Below, in pieces: positions 37,889 through 46,856 of a DNA stretch of 64,000 nucleotides; the first letter of the stretch is position 1, and every line of letters begins with the position of its first letter. Source of the DNA: Bacteroidales bacterium (lineage in GTDB: Bacteria > Bacteroidota > Bacteroidia > Bacteroidales > JAAUTT01); NCBI GenBank assembly GCA_038320545.1, contig JBBQEI010000004.1, forward strand, positions 75,613 to 139,612, written 5' to 3'. The notes below the pieces were generated by a model, which searched no databases, was not told where the DNA came from, and worked only from the letters and a program-made list of their open reading frames with translations. A program made the position numbers and the translations under genes.

Positions 37889-38719
37889 ATGGTTAAAAAA
37901 ATCTCTATCTGGGTTCTGGCATTAATTATTACTCTTATTGCAGCTATTTACCAGCGGAAAACAGGACCAACTTACCCAAAAACATATAATATTGAAATTG
38001 GAAATGACGTTTACAAAGTTGAACTCCTTCGTACCAATGCAGGAGAAAAAGATTGTCTTCTTGAAATTCCTGTAGATGATAAGGAAGTAACAGGAAGTAT
38101 TTATTATAAACGCTATAAAACTAACGACCCTTATAAATCTACACGGCTTGTGCAGTATCGCAATAAATTATGCGGTGTATTGCCACACCAGCCACCGGCA
38201 GGAAAGCTCCAGTATTATGTTGAACTGTTAAAGGACAATAATAAGTTTAACATTGCGAAAGAAGAGCCTGTGGTGGTTCGTTTCAGGGGTGATGTGCCAG
38301 TATATATTGTTATTCCGCATGTGTTGCTGATTTTTTTAGCCATGTTTTTTTCAACCCTGAGTGGTTTATATGTAATATTTAAAAGGGAAAATTACCGTAA
38401 ATATGTTAATTGGGCCTTCTTTACCTTGTTAATAGGAGGTTTTGTTTTTGGTCCGCTGATGCAGTATTATGCTTTCGGCGAATTTTGGACCGGGATTCCT
38501 TTTGGATTTGATTTAACTGATAACAAAACACTTTTTGCATTTATCTTTTGGATTTGGGCTTTTCTGGCAAACAGAAAAAAGGCCCGGCCTGTTCCGGTAA
38601 TTATTGCTTGTGTTATGACCATTATAATTTTTTCAATACCTCACAGTTTTATGGGTTCGGAACTCGATTACAGTACAAATAAGATAAATACGGGAATGGT
38701 AATTATGAATCTTCTTTAA
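37889..38719 (+). CDS. Multi-pass membrane protein, function unknown
   Basis: N-terminal TM followed by four or five hydrophobic segments in the C-terminal half. Starts 5 nt after the peptidase gene. Confidence 0.55.
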   Translation: MVKKISIWVLALIITLIAAIYQRKTGPTYPKTYNIEIGNDVYKVELLRTNAGEKDCLLEIPVDDKEVTGSIYYKRYKTNDPYKSTRLVQYRNKLCGVLPHQPPAGKLQYYVELLKDNNKFNIAKEEPVVVRFRGDVPVYIVIPHVLLIFLAMFFSTLSGLYVIFKRENYRKYVNWAFFTLLIGGFVFGPLMQYYAFGEFWTGIPFGFDLTDNKTLFAFIFWIWAFLANRKKARPVPVIIACVMTIIIFSIPHSFMGSELDYSTNKINTGMVIMNLL

Positions 38720-41189
38720 TTTGAAGTTTTTCAAAGTGACAACCCAGCTTCCGATGTAGCTCATCAATATCAATAGGCTTGGAAATATAATCATCGCATC
38801 CTGCCTTCAGGCATTTATCTTTATCGTCCGACATGGCAAATGCTGTTTGGGCGATGACGAAAATTTCAGGATGTTTTGATTTTAACCTGCGTGTTGTCTC
38901 ATAACCATCGAGCACAGGCATTTGGATATCCATCAGAACGCCATGAATGTTGTTGTTTTCGGATAATAAACTTAACACTTCCTCTCCGTTATAAGCCCTG
39001 ATGATATTGGCCTGTGTTTTATTAAGAGCAATCTGTATCAGTTTATAATTTAAATCATCATCTTCGGCAACCAGGATGGTAAAATTCTTCCAAGCAATGC
39101 TTTTTTGTGGTAAACTGTATTCATCATTGGAAGTCTTAATTAATTCGGAAACTTCATAATTATTTGCCGGAATGGTAAAATAAAAGCAAGTACCTTTCTC
39201 TTCCAACGATTCAAGCCACATTTTGCCACCAAGTAATTCAGTTAAGTTTTTCGAAATCGACAAACCTAAGCCTGTTCCCTTGTAAACCTTAGAGGAATTA
39301 TCGTTTACCTGTCCAAATCTTTTAAAAACAAGTTCGGTTTTATCTTTTGGAATCCCCGATCCTGTATCGGATACATAAAACTGAAAGAAACCATCCTTGA
39401 TTTCAAAACCAAACTCTATTTTTCCCTTTTCGGTAAACTTAAATGCATTGTCGAGCAGGTTTGTGAAAATTTGCCTTAATCGGGTAACATCAGTACTGAA
39501 AATGTAATTACGGGCAATGCAATCGGTTTTTACCTGCAAAACTATATCTTCTTCTTTACACTTCTTATGATTTTGAAAATAAACAAAAAGTTCGTTTAAA
39601 ACGGAATTTACATAGCAGGCACTTTCAGTCAGCTTTAATTGTCGGGCTTCAATTTTGGCTGTATCAAGAATATCGTCTATTAAGCGTAAAAGGCTGATAC
39701 TGCATGAATTTATGTATTTCACATATTCGTTGCGCTGTGTTCCTGATATATCCGGATCTTTTAAAAAAGTTGAAAAAGCCAGGATTGCATTCATGGGTGT
39801 CCTGATTTCGTGCGACATATTCGCCAGAAATGCTGTTTTTAATTTATCAGCCTCTTCAGCAGCGATGCGTTCAAACATCTCCAGTTTTAATTCATTGGTT
39901 CTCTGCTTTACTTCATCCTCCAAAATTTCCTGGTGTTTTCGTATTTGATTTTCAGCAAGTACTTTCTTACGATAAGCCCACACTAAAAAACAAAACATGA
40001 AAATCAATAAAATTAGTGCAACAAGGTAAATCGAATTCTCCCTCATCTGAGCTTTAAGCTGAATCTCTTTTTTTTGTATTTCAAAATCTTTCAGTTCACC
40101 ATGAAAGAGTGCTTCCGCTTCAGCCAGCCTTTTCTTCGATTCTTCATTTGAGATGGAATCCTCAATTTGATTTGCAGCTTTATAGTATTTTAATGATCCC
40201 TGATAATTGCCCATTTCTTCCAACAACGATGCCATTTCTTCATTAACAAATGCTAATAAATCGAGTATCTGCACCGAATCAGCATACATGATACTTAATT
40301 TGTAATGCGTTATCGCCGTCTCATTTTTATTTAACCGCCGGTATAATGAAGCTAAATTATCGTGGATATAAGCGAGGCCGGTACGTGAATTAATTTTTTT
40401 AAAGTATAACAGGGCCTTGTCATAATGCTTTAAAGCTTCCTGAAATTTAAGAAGACGTTCATAGGCGATTCCAAGATTATTCTCAACTGAGGCTATATCT
40501 TCCGGATCGTTGACCGAGATAAAGATCTTCAGGGCTTTATTGTAATATTCAATAGTTTTAGGATAATTTTCCTGATTTAAATATACTACGCCAATGTTTT
40601 GCAAAATAGCAGCCTGCTTTGGTTCATTTTTTAAAAATTTATATAATTCCAACGACTTTTTATAATATGCAATGGCAAGGCTGTCCCTTCTTTTGTCCGA
40701 TTCAATAATTCCTATGTTTTGAAGTACTTTAGCCTGTCCATAGATATCCTTTTTTTTCTGGTAAAGTTTAAATGCTTCCAGGTAAATTTGAATTGCAGTA
40801 TTAATATCCGAAGTGCAATCGTAGCAGCGGGCAATGTTAAATTTTAAGTCGGCAAGCAATAAGCTATCATTAATAAAATAAGGATTCGATAAACATAATT
40901 GGAAATCGCTCAACGCTTTATTATAATTTTCGAGGTATGAGTTTGCTCTGGCTTTTATATATAGTACTTTACAATAATCGAATGAATTTGTGTTTTTATT
41001 GAATGTCTTTAATAGCTGTTCAGCTATTTTGAGCGAACTATCGGGAGCTGTGTCGAGCAATTGATCAGCCCTTTTTATGAGTTGGCTAATGTTTTCGGAA
41101 TCAACTTCATAAATATTTATATCATTCCCCGAAACATTGCAGGTAAAAATATTAATAAATAATATTACTAATATTGAATAATGATTCAT
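38703..41189 (-). CDS. TPR-repeat hybrid sensor histidine kinase / response regulator
   Basis: N-terminal signal and TPR repeats, a TM (IYLVALILLIFMFCFLVWAY), HisKA (FLANMSHEIRTPMNAI), HATPase (SDTGSGIP...GTGLGLSI) and a receiver (ILVAEDDDLNYKLI...DIQMPVLDGYE). Confidence 0.9.
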   Translation of the reverse strand: MNHYSILVILFINIFTCNVSGNDINIYEVDSENISQLIKRADQLLDTAPDSSLKIAEQLLKTFNKNTNSFDYCKVLYIKARANSYLENYNKALSDFQLCLSNPYFINDSLLLADLKFNIARCYDCTSDINTAIQIYLEAFKLYQKKKDIYGQAKVLQNIGIIESDKRRDSLAIAYYKKSLELYKFLKNEPKQAAILQNIGVVYLNQENYPKTIEYYNKALKIFISVNDPEDIASVENNLGIAYERLLKFQEALKHYDKALLYFKKINSRTGLAYIHDNLASLYRRLNKNETAITHYKLSIMYADSVQILDLLAFVNEEMASLLEEMGNYQGSLKYYKAANQIEDSISNEESKKRLAEAEALFHGELKDFEIQKKEIQLKAQMRENSIYLVALILLIFMFCFLVWAYRKKVLAENQIRKHQEILEDEVKQRTNELKLEMFERIAAEEADKLKTAFLANMSHEIRTPMNAILAFSTFLKDPDISGTQRNEYVKYINSCSISLLRLIDDILDTAKIEARQLKLTESACYVNSVLNELFVYFQNHKKCKEEDIVLQVKTDCIARNYIFSTDVTRLRQIFTNLLDNAFKFTEKGKIEFGFEIKDGFFQFYVSDTGSGIPKDKTELVFKRFGQVNDNSSKVYKGTGLGLSISKNLTELLGGKMWLESLEEKGTCFYFTIPANNYEVSELIKTSNDEYSLPQKSIAWKNFTILVAEDDDLNYKLIQIALNKTQANIIRAYNGEEVLSLLSENNNIHGVLMDIQMPVLDGYETTRRLKSKHPEIFVIAQTAFAMSDDKDKCLKAGCDDYISKPIDIDELHRKLGCHFEKLQIKEDS

Positions 41190-41317
41190 GGATATTTCTT
41201 CGGGTTATTTGTTATATATAGTACAATGTTGTCAAATGTAATGTATGAGAATATTTTTAACAAATTTTTGAAGAAGCAATTATTATAATTAACTCAAAAA
41301 AGCATGAAATACCGCTT

Positions 41318-42682
41318 ATGAATGAGCCTGTTATTATTTACACTGAATCATTTTCACCAAGATTAAGCTATACTGTCGAAGTTTTGCTTGGTTCGTTATT
41401 GGGACTTCCGTATCAGCTTACAACCGATATTAACTATTTTAAAAATTCAGCTTCCCCCAAAATAAATTATTCAAAAGTTGCTGTTGATAATGTTCTACAG
41501 ATTATTCCCGCAGGTATTTTATCCGAATCTGGAATAAGGTCATTCGATATCAGATATGCAAAATGGAATAATTATCATACTTTATTTTTTTCGGGGACTA
41601 CAGGTTTTCCTTTTGATATTTTCTCGGCATCTTTTTACCTTCTTACAAGATATGAAGAGTATTTGCCATTTAAGCCCGATGAGCATGGCAGGTTTAATTC
41701 AGATCAGAGTGTTGCCGGTAAAAACGGGTTCCTCGAAGAACCTGTGGTACAACAATGGGCGAATCTGTTACTTAAAACCCTGCAGGAAAAGTACACCTGG
41801 ATTGTTCCCCGTCGGCAAAAATTTACAATGGAAACATCTATCGATGTTGATGTTGCTTATGCTTTTTTATATCGCAATTTTAGAAGGTTTCTGTTAGCTT
41901 CGGGTCGAGATTTAGTATCTTTTAAATGGAATTATTTTGTCGACAGGATATTAGTATCCCTAAAATCCAAAACAGATCCTTTCGATACCTATAAATATTT
42001 AGAACTCGTGCATCGCAAATATGATCTTCCAGTTTATGTTTTTTACCTTGCAGGAGATTATAGCCATTACGACCGGAATATCCCTTTCGAGGAGCCCGCT
42101 ATTCAGTCGCTGATAAAAAGGCTTAACGATAAGTTTTTTTTAGGAATTCACCCATCATACCGGGCTTTCCAAAATTTCGGTGTATTGAAAGGTGAAGTTG
42201 AACGGCTTTCAAAAACTTGTGAAACCCAGATTACCAGAAGCCGGCAACATTTTTTGAGACTGGTATTCCCCAAAACATATCAATGGCTGATGAAACTGGG
42301 CATAACTCACGATTTTAGCATGGGTTACCACGATAAACCAGGGTTTCGTGCGGGGATTGCAGCTCCTTATTTGTATTATGATATTCAAACTGAAACAAAA
42401 ACCAATTTAACCATTCACCCTTTTGTGTTTATGGAAAGAACATTAAGGGACCGGCTAAAAATGAACCCGGATTTTGCATTGTTAAAAATTCAGGAATTAA
42501 TGAAAAAAGTGGATGCAGTAAACGGAACTTTCGGTTCGCTTTGGCACAACGATTCGCTGAGCGATTATGGAGAATGGAAAAGATGGAGGTATGTTTATGA
42601 GGTGATGCTTTCGATGGGGTATACCATGAACCGTTCAAAGCGCGAAAAAACAAAACGTTTGGTTCAGTACGATCAACCTTGA
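41318..42682 (+). CDS. Polysaccharide-deacetylase-like protein (tentative)
   Basis: A 454-aa cytoplasmic-looking ORF. The C-terminal half (GIHPSYRAF...SRQHFLRL...GITHDFSMGYHDKPGFRAGIAAPY) resembles deacetylase-fold proteins annotated in Bacteroidota. Assignment from memory only. Confidence 0.35.
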   Translation: MNEPVIIYTESFSPRLSYTVEVLLGSLLGLPYQLTTDINYFKNSASPKINYSKVAVDNVLQIIPAGILSESGIRSFDIRYAKWNNYHTLFFSGTTGFPFDIFSASFYLLTRYEEYLPFKPDEHGRFNSDQSVAGKNGFLEEPVVQQWANLLLKTLQEKYTWIVPRRQKFTMETSIDVDVAYAFLYRNFRRFLLASGRDLVSFKWNYFVDRILVSLKSKTDPFDTYKYLELVHRKYDLPVYVFYLAGDYSHYDRNIPFEEPAIQSLIKRLNDKFFLGIHPSYRAFQNFGVLKGEVERLSKTCETQITRSRQHFLRLVFPKTYQWLMKLGITHDFSMGYHDKPGFRAGIAAPYLYYDIQTETKTNLTIHPFVFMERTLRDRLKMNPDFALLKIQELMKKVDAVNGTFGSLWHNDSLSDYGEWKRWRYVYEVMLSMGYTMNRSKREKTKRLVQYDQP

Positions 42683-42738
42683 TCTAAACTTATTTTCAGA
42701 ACATCTTCTTTATTTTTTAAATTTACCTCTTTTAAGGA

Positions 42739-43614
42739 ATGCTAAAGAGGTTAACGAATCATCAGATAGATAAGGAAAAATGGGATTTGGCAATTTTAAA
42801 TGCCGACGAGTCTCATGTTTATATGTTATCCTGGTATCTTGACATTGTATCTCCCGGATGGGAATGTATAGTTTTTGATGATTATAAAATAATATTTCCT
42901 CTTCCTGTTAAATACAAATATTGCATTCCATATCTGGTTCAACCCCTACTCTGTCAGAAATCAGGAATTTTTGGAATTGGTGTAAACGATAAAATAGCCA
43001 AGGCGTTTTATAAAAAAATATTCTGGGAATTTCCATATTTTAATTTAAAGCTATCGAATGCTTTAGGTCTGCACAAAACAAAATACCTGAACGGAAAGAT
43101 TAATTATACTCTGGACCTGACCGCTGATTATGATATTCTGGTAAAAGATTATAAAAAAAACACGCTTCGCAATATTAAAAAAGCTAAAAAAGTCAATCTT
43201 TTCCTTTCAGAATGCGATGTAAATTCATTTTTAGCATTTGGCAAAACCTACATTCAAGGAATAAATGAAAGTGAATATATAACATTTACTAGTTTGGTAT
43301 TAAAAGCTTCAGAAAAGGGAAAAACACATATTCTGAAAGTTTGTAACCAGGAAGGTGAAATACTGGCTGCAGCTTGTTTTCTCATCTGGAACATGCAAAT
43401 CGTTTACCTTGCAGGAGCTAGTTCTCCTCAGGGCAAAGAATTATTGGCCATGCATCTTATTTTCGATGGTTTAATTAAAGAATATGCTGCTACCGGATGG
43501 TTACTTGATTTTGAAGGATCAATGATTTCAGGAGTTGCTAAATTTTTCAGGGGTTTTGGTGGAAAAGCTTCTTACTATTACCACGTGAAAAAATACTTGT
43601 TTTTTTACCGGTAA
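42739..43614 (+). CDS. FemAB/GNAT-like acyltransferase-fold protein (tentative)
   Basis: A 291-aa ORF whose size and C-terminal pattern (ILAAACFLIWNMQIVYLAGASSPQGKEL...DFEGS) resemble FemAB-type GNAT proteins. Confidence 0.35.
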   Translation: MLKRLTNHQIDKEKWDLAILNADESHVYMLSWYLDIVSPGWECIVFDDYKIIFPLPVKYKYCIPYLVQPLLCQKSGIFGIGVNDKIAKAFYKKIFWEFPYFNLKLSNALGLHKTKYLNGKINYTLDLTADYDILVKDYKKNTLRNIKKAKKVNLFLSECDVNSFLAFGKTYIQGINESEYITFTSLVLKASEKGKTHILKVCNQEGEILAAACFLIWNMQIVYLAGASSPQGKELLAMHLIFDGLIKEYAATGWLLDFEGSMISGVAKFFRGFGGKASYYYHVKKYLFFYR

Positions 43615-44823
43615 TCACATTATTTGTAAATACACTTCCTTTAAAAATTTCTCTTCCAGCAGTCGAGCAATCCTTTTTGCGACTGTTCGTCGTATTTCCA
43701 GCTCACGAGGCACTTTTGGATCGTGATGCGCTGGATTTATTCGTGTTCCGATTAAAAAATGAATTTCGTCCGATTCGAGTAACATGTTTACTACCTGATG
43801 AGCTGGTCCTTTTCCGGTTGGCATGGCAGGATTATGATCTTTTAAAAGGTCGTGAACTTTACTTAAAGTCAGAATTCCTTCTGTGAGCAGGTCAATACCT
43901 TCCATAAACGATATGGGAGGCAGATCAGGATCATCAAATTGTTGGCCTTCTGTTATCTTTAAGCCTAACTGGCTCGAAATAATATCCCCTGTGGTGGCGC
44001 CGCAAATAATTTTTTGTCCATTAAATTCTTTTACAATTTTCGCCATATCGGAATCACTAAACTCTTCATATGGCGGACCACTGCATAACAAAAGCCGTCG
44101 TGGATGCCGAAGGTAAATAGTGGCACACGAAATGTCATCTTCAGCTTTATAGTTATCGTTCTGGTAAGCCAGGCTGACAAGTTTTCCTGCAATTTTTCTC
44201 GCCGAAATGGATGTATCGGTATCGATTAATTTACCAAGGTAAGTTTTTATGTTTTCCAATCCCCAGCCCACAGGATATTTGACTGTTCCGGTACCCGACT
44301 GATAAATTCCATCGCTGAAAAATATTATCCTGTCCTCGAGCTGCGATTTAAAAGAACAAGTCCTGATTTCTTTACCCGCATTTTTATGGCTGGTAAGAAT
44401 AATACATTGCCACTCGGGTTCAAATATTTGGTTGCCACGATAAATCAGGCATTCAGGGTTACCATATTCAAGAATATGAGTTGTACCATCATATTCAATA
44501 TTAACAATAGTGAAGGTGGAATAACTAAGGTTACGATCGCTGCATACAGGCAGTGTATTCATAATTATTTCGGCAATGGTATTCGGGTCCTCATGTTCCA
44601 TGGTAAACCGCATGGCCATCGTTGAGGTTAAGGTTGCTAATATATTGGCTTTCACTCCATGTCCCATTCCATCCGAAAGAATGGCTATTACCCTGTTTTC
44701 TTCTGGGATACGTTTAGAAAGAAATACATCGCCACAAATTCTTTCACCATTATGGTTCCGTTGCTGACAATGAACTTCAATATAAAAACCTTCGATTACA
44801 ACTGTTTTAGTTGTTTTTACCAC
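43615..44823 (-). CDS. SpoIIE/PP2C-family protein phosphatase with an unassigned C-terminal domain
   Basis: ICGDVFL, ILSDGMGHGVKANILATL and FFSDGIYQSG. The GTG start at 44821-44823 immediately follows the stop of the upstream hydrogenase-like gene. Confidence 0.8.
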   Translation of the reverse strand: MVKTTKTVVIEGFYIEVHCQQRNHNGERICGDVFLSKRIPEENRVIAILSDGMGHGVKANILATLTSTMAMRFTMEHEDPNTIAEIIMNTLPVCSDRNLSYSTFTIVNIEYDGTTHILEYGNPECLIYRGNQIFEPEWQCIILTSHKNAGKEIRTCSFKSQLEDRIIFFSDGIYQSGTGTVKYPVGWGLENIKTYLGKLIDTDTSISARKIAGKLVSLAYQNDNYKAEDDISCATIYLRHPRRLLLCSGPPYEEFSDSDMAKIVKEFNGQKIICGATTGDIISSQLGLKITEGQQFDDPDLPPISFMEGIDLLTEGILTLSKVHDLLKDHNPAMPTGKGPAHQVVNMLLESDEIHFLIGTRINPAHHDPKVPRELEIRRTVAKRIARLLEEKFLKEVYLQIM

Positions 44824-46704
44824 TTATAATGAGTTTTTAGTGTTCTTATCTTTCGAATTGTTTCCTTTGTACATTTCTGAAATTGAATTTAGCATTTGCT
44901 CGGTGTCGGCAGCGGTTTCGCCAAGTAAAAAACCAATTTTCTGAACCATTTCAAGGTTTTTGCCAATTACTTCGTCAATGCGGTTTAAAACTTCATCTTT
45001 TCTTAATTCAGGTGAATTTATATCAGCTATTACAGCACCTACTATTGAATTTTCCCGGATAGAAAAAACGGAAATATTATAAAGCTCTTCATTGTAATGA
45101 ATATCACGCTTTTGTATGTCTTCTCCGTTGAGTAATACATACGAAAAAAGATTGTAAATATTAAAAGGTAACAGTTTTTTTATATCAGCTCCGGCGAGGC
45201 CCGGAATTATTTCGTTTATTTCGGCCGCATCTGGTCCAAGAAATTTTATAAAACTTTGGTTCACTTGTAATATTTTTAATTTTTCGTTCACAATTACAAG
45301 GCACGAAGGTAATTTTTGCAACATAGTTTCCATGGTTACAAAGGCTTGTTTAGCTAGTTGTTGTTCGCGCCGGGCGGCATTTTCCGATTCCCTGAGAGCG
45401 TCTTTTGTTTCTTCAAGTTGCTGGTTTATTTGCTGTAATCGTTGAATTGAATTTTGCCTGCTGCGAACTGCATGGGTAATACACATTTCAGTTGTAGTTA
45501 ATCCTTTCACGACATTAGTGGCAAAATCGTAGCATGAATTGTATCCACAGGCACCACACCCCTGGTTGTCGCTGAATTCATTTTTGCCCATTTCTTTCAT
45601 TACCTCCCTGATTTTATCTTTTGGAGGTTGCGAAATACGCTGATCGTCGGCAATAAACGATGCTGAATAATCTAACTGGAGGTAACGCCTGGTTTCTTTT
45701 TCCCATTCCCGTTTATTGAAATTACTCATTCGCTTATTGGCATAATTTACAACAAGCGTACGGCGGAAAAACCTGTCGCCACCACGAGAAGTCCCGGGTC
45801 CCATAATGCAGCCATGATCGTAAAAAATATTGAAGTGCCTGTTTATAACCAGCGGATGATCCGAAAACTCTTTCACAGCCTTAACCATCGAACTTCTGCC
45901 TTCAGCTGTATAAACAGTACCGGTTAAAAGTTCTTCACTAATGTTTGCAGCTTGCAAAAACCCTGTGCTTATTGGATAAAGTGACCCTTTTCGTCCATAT
46001 GGAGGATCAAAATCTCCTACTTCATGTTTGCCTTCAGTAATGCCGAATTCTTTAAAAAGTTCTCTCAATTCTTTGAACGTAAGAACAGCATCAATTTTCG
46101 ATTCATCTTGATGTCGTAAGGCTTCTTTTTTATTGGCAATGCACGGGCCAATGTATACTATGCGGATATCCGGCCCATATTTCTGATGCATTACTTTGGC
46201 TGAAGCGATCATTGGGGTTACAATAGGTGCCAGATTTGGAATGAGTTCCGGGTAATATTTTTCGATGTAAAAAATGAGTGCAGGACAATTTGCAGTAAAA
46301 TAATATTTGCCTTTGTTGTTTTCAAACAGTTCAGCATATTTTTGAGCGATGATGTCGACCCCGAATGAAGCTTCATTTACATAATGAAAACCTAGTGCCC
46401 TGATCATTTCAACAAATTTACGGTAATCGGTAATGTCGGAAAATTCTCCTGAAATGCTGGGGCCAACTATGGCAACAACTTTATTGTCCGATTTTAAAAT
46501 TCTTTTGGTTTCTTCTTTAGAATTATGATAAACTACTGCTTCCGGGCCGCATACTGTAACACAACTACCACAGCCAATGCAACGGTTATGCAATATTTTT
46601 GGAAAGTCGTCCGTTAAATCCATTTTAACAGCTTTAACAGGACAAACCCTGACACATGCATGGCATTTTACACATTTGGTATTGATAATTTCAATCAAGT
46701 TCAT
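44824..46704 (-). CDS. Sensory [FeFe]-hydrogenase-like protein (2x 4Fe-4S ferredoxin motifs, H-domain-like region, Cx2Cx4Cx16C, PAS-like C-terminus)
   Basis: CVKCHACVRVCP and CIGCGSCVTVCG. TANCPAL / GPCIANKKE / DHGCIMGPG sit at the positions of H-cluster motifs L1/L2/L3. CGACGYNSC-x16-C, a coiled coil and PAS-like LVIVNEKLKILQVNQSFIKFLG follow. Confidence 0.75.
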   Translation of the reverse strand: MNLIEIINTKCVKCHACVRVCPVKAVKMDLTDDFPKILHNRCIGCGSCVTVCGPEAVVYHNSKEETKRILKSDNKVVAIVGPSISGEFSDITDYRKFVEMIRALGFHYVNEASFGVDIIAQKYAELFENNKGKYYFTANCPALIFYIEKYYPELIPNLAPIVTPMIASAKVMHQKYGPDIRIVYIGPCIANKKEALRHQDESKIDAVLTFKELRELFKEFGITEGKHEVGDFDPPYGRKGSLYPISTGFLQAANISEELLTGTVYTAEGRSSMVKAVKEFSDHPLVINRHFNIFYDHGCIMGPGTSRGGDRFFRRTLVVNYANKRMSNFNKREWEKETRRYLQLDYSASFIADDQRISQPPKDKIREVMKEMGKNEFSDNQGCGACGYNSCYDFATNVVKGLTTTEMCITHAVRSRQNSIQRLQQINQQLEETKDALRESENAARREQQLAKQAFVTMETMLQKLPSCLVIVNEKLKILQVNQSFIKFLGPDAAEINEIIPGLAGADIKKLLPFNIYNLFSYVLLNGEDIQKRDIHYNEELYNISVFSIRENSIVGAVIADINSPELRKDEVLNRIDEVIGKNLEMVQKIGFLLGETAADTEQMLNSISEMYKGNNSKDKNTKNSL

Positions 46705-46856
46705 GTGGCGGTTATTATTTAAAGCTAATATATTATCTACATATCAACAATGTCAATAAAAAAGGCATGATTAAAACTCATAAAATTTTATAGTGAACTA
46801 TTTGATCGAAATATACAAATATTAACTTTACCCCAACTTAACCAATTTTAGAAACG

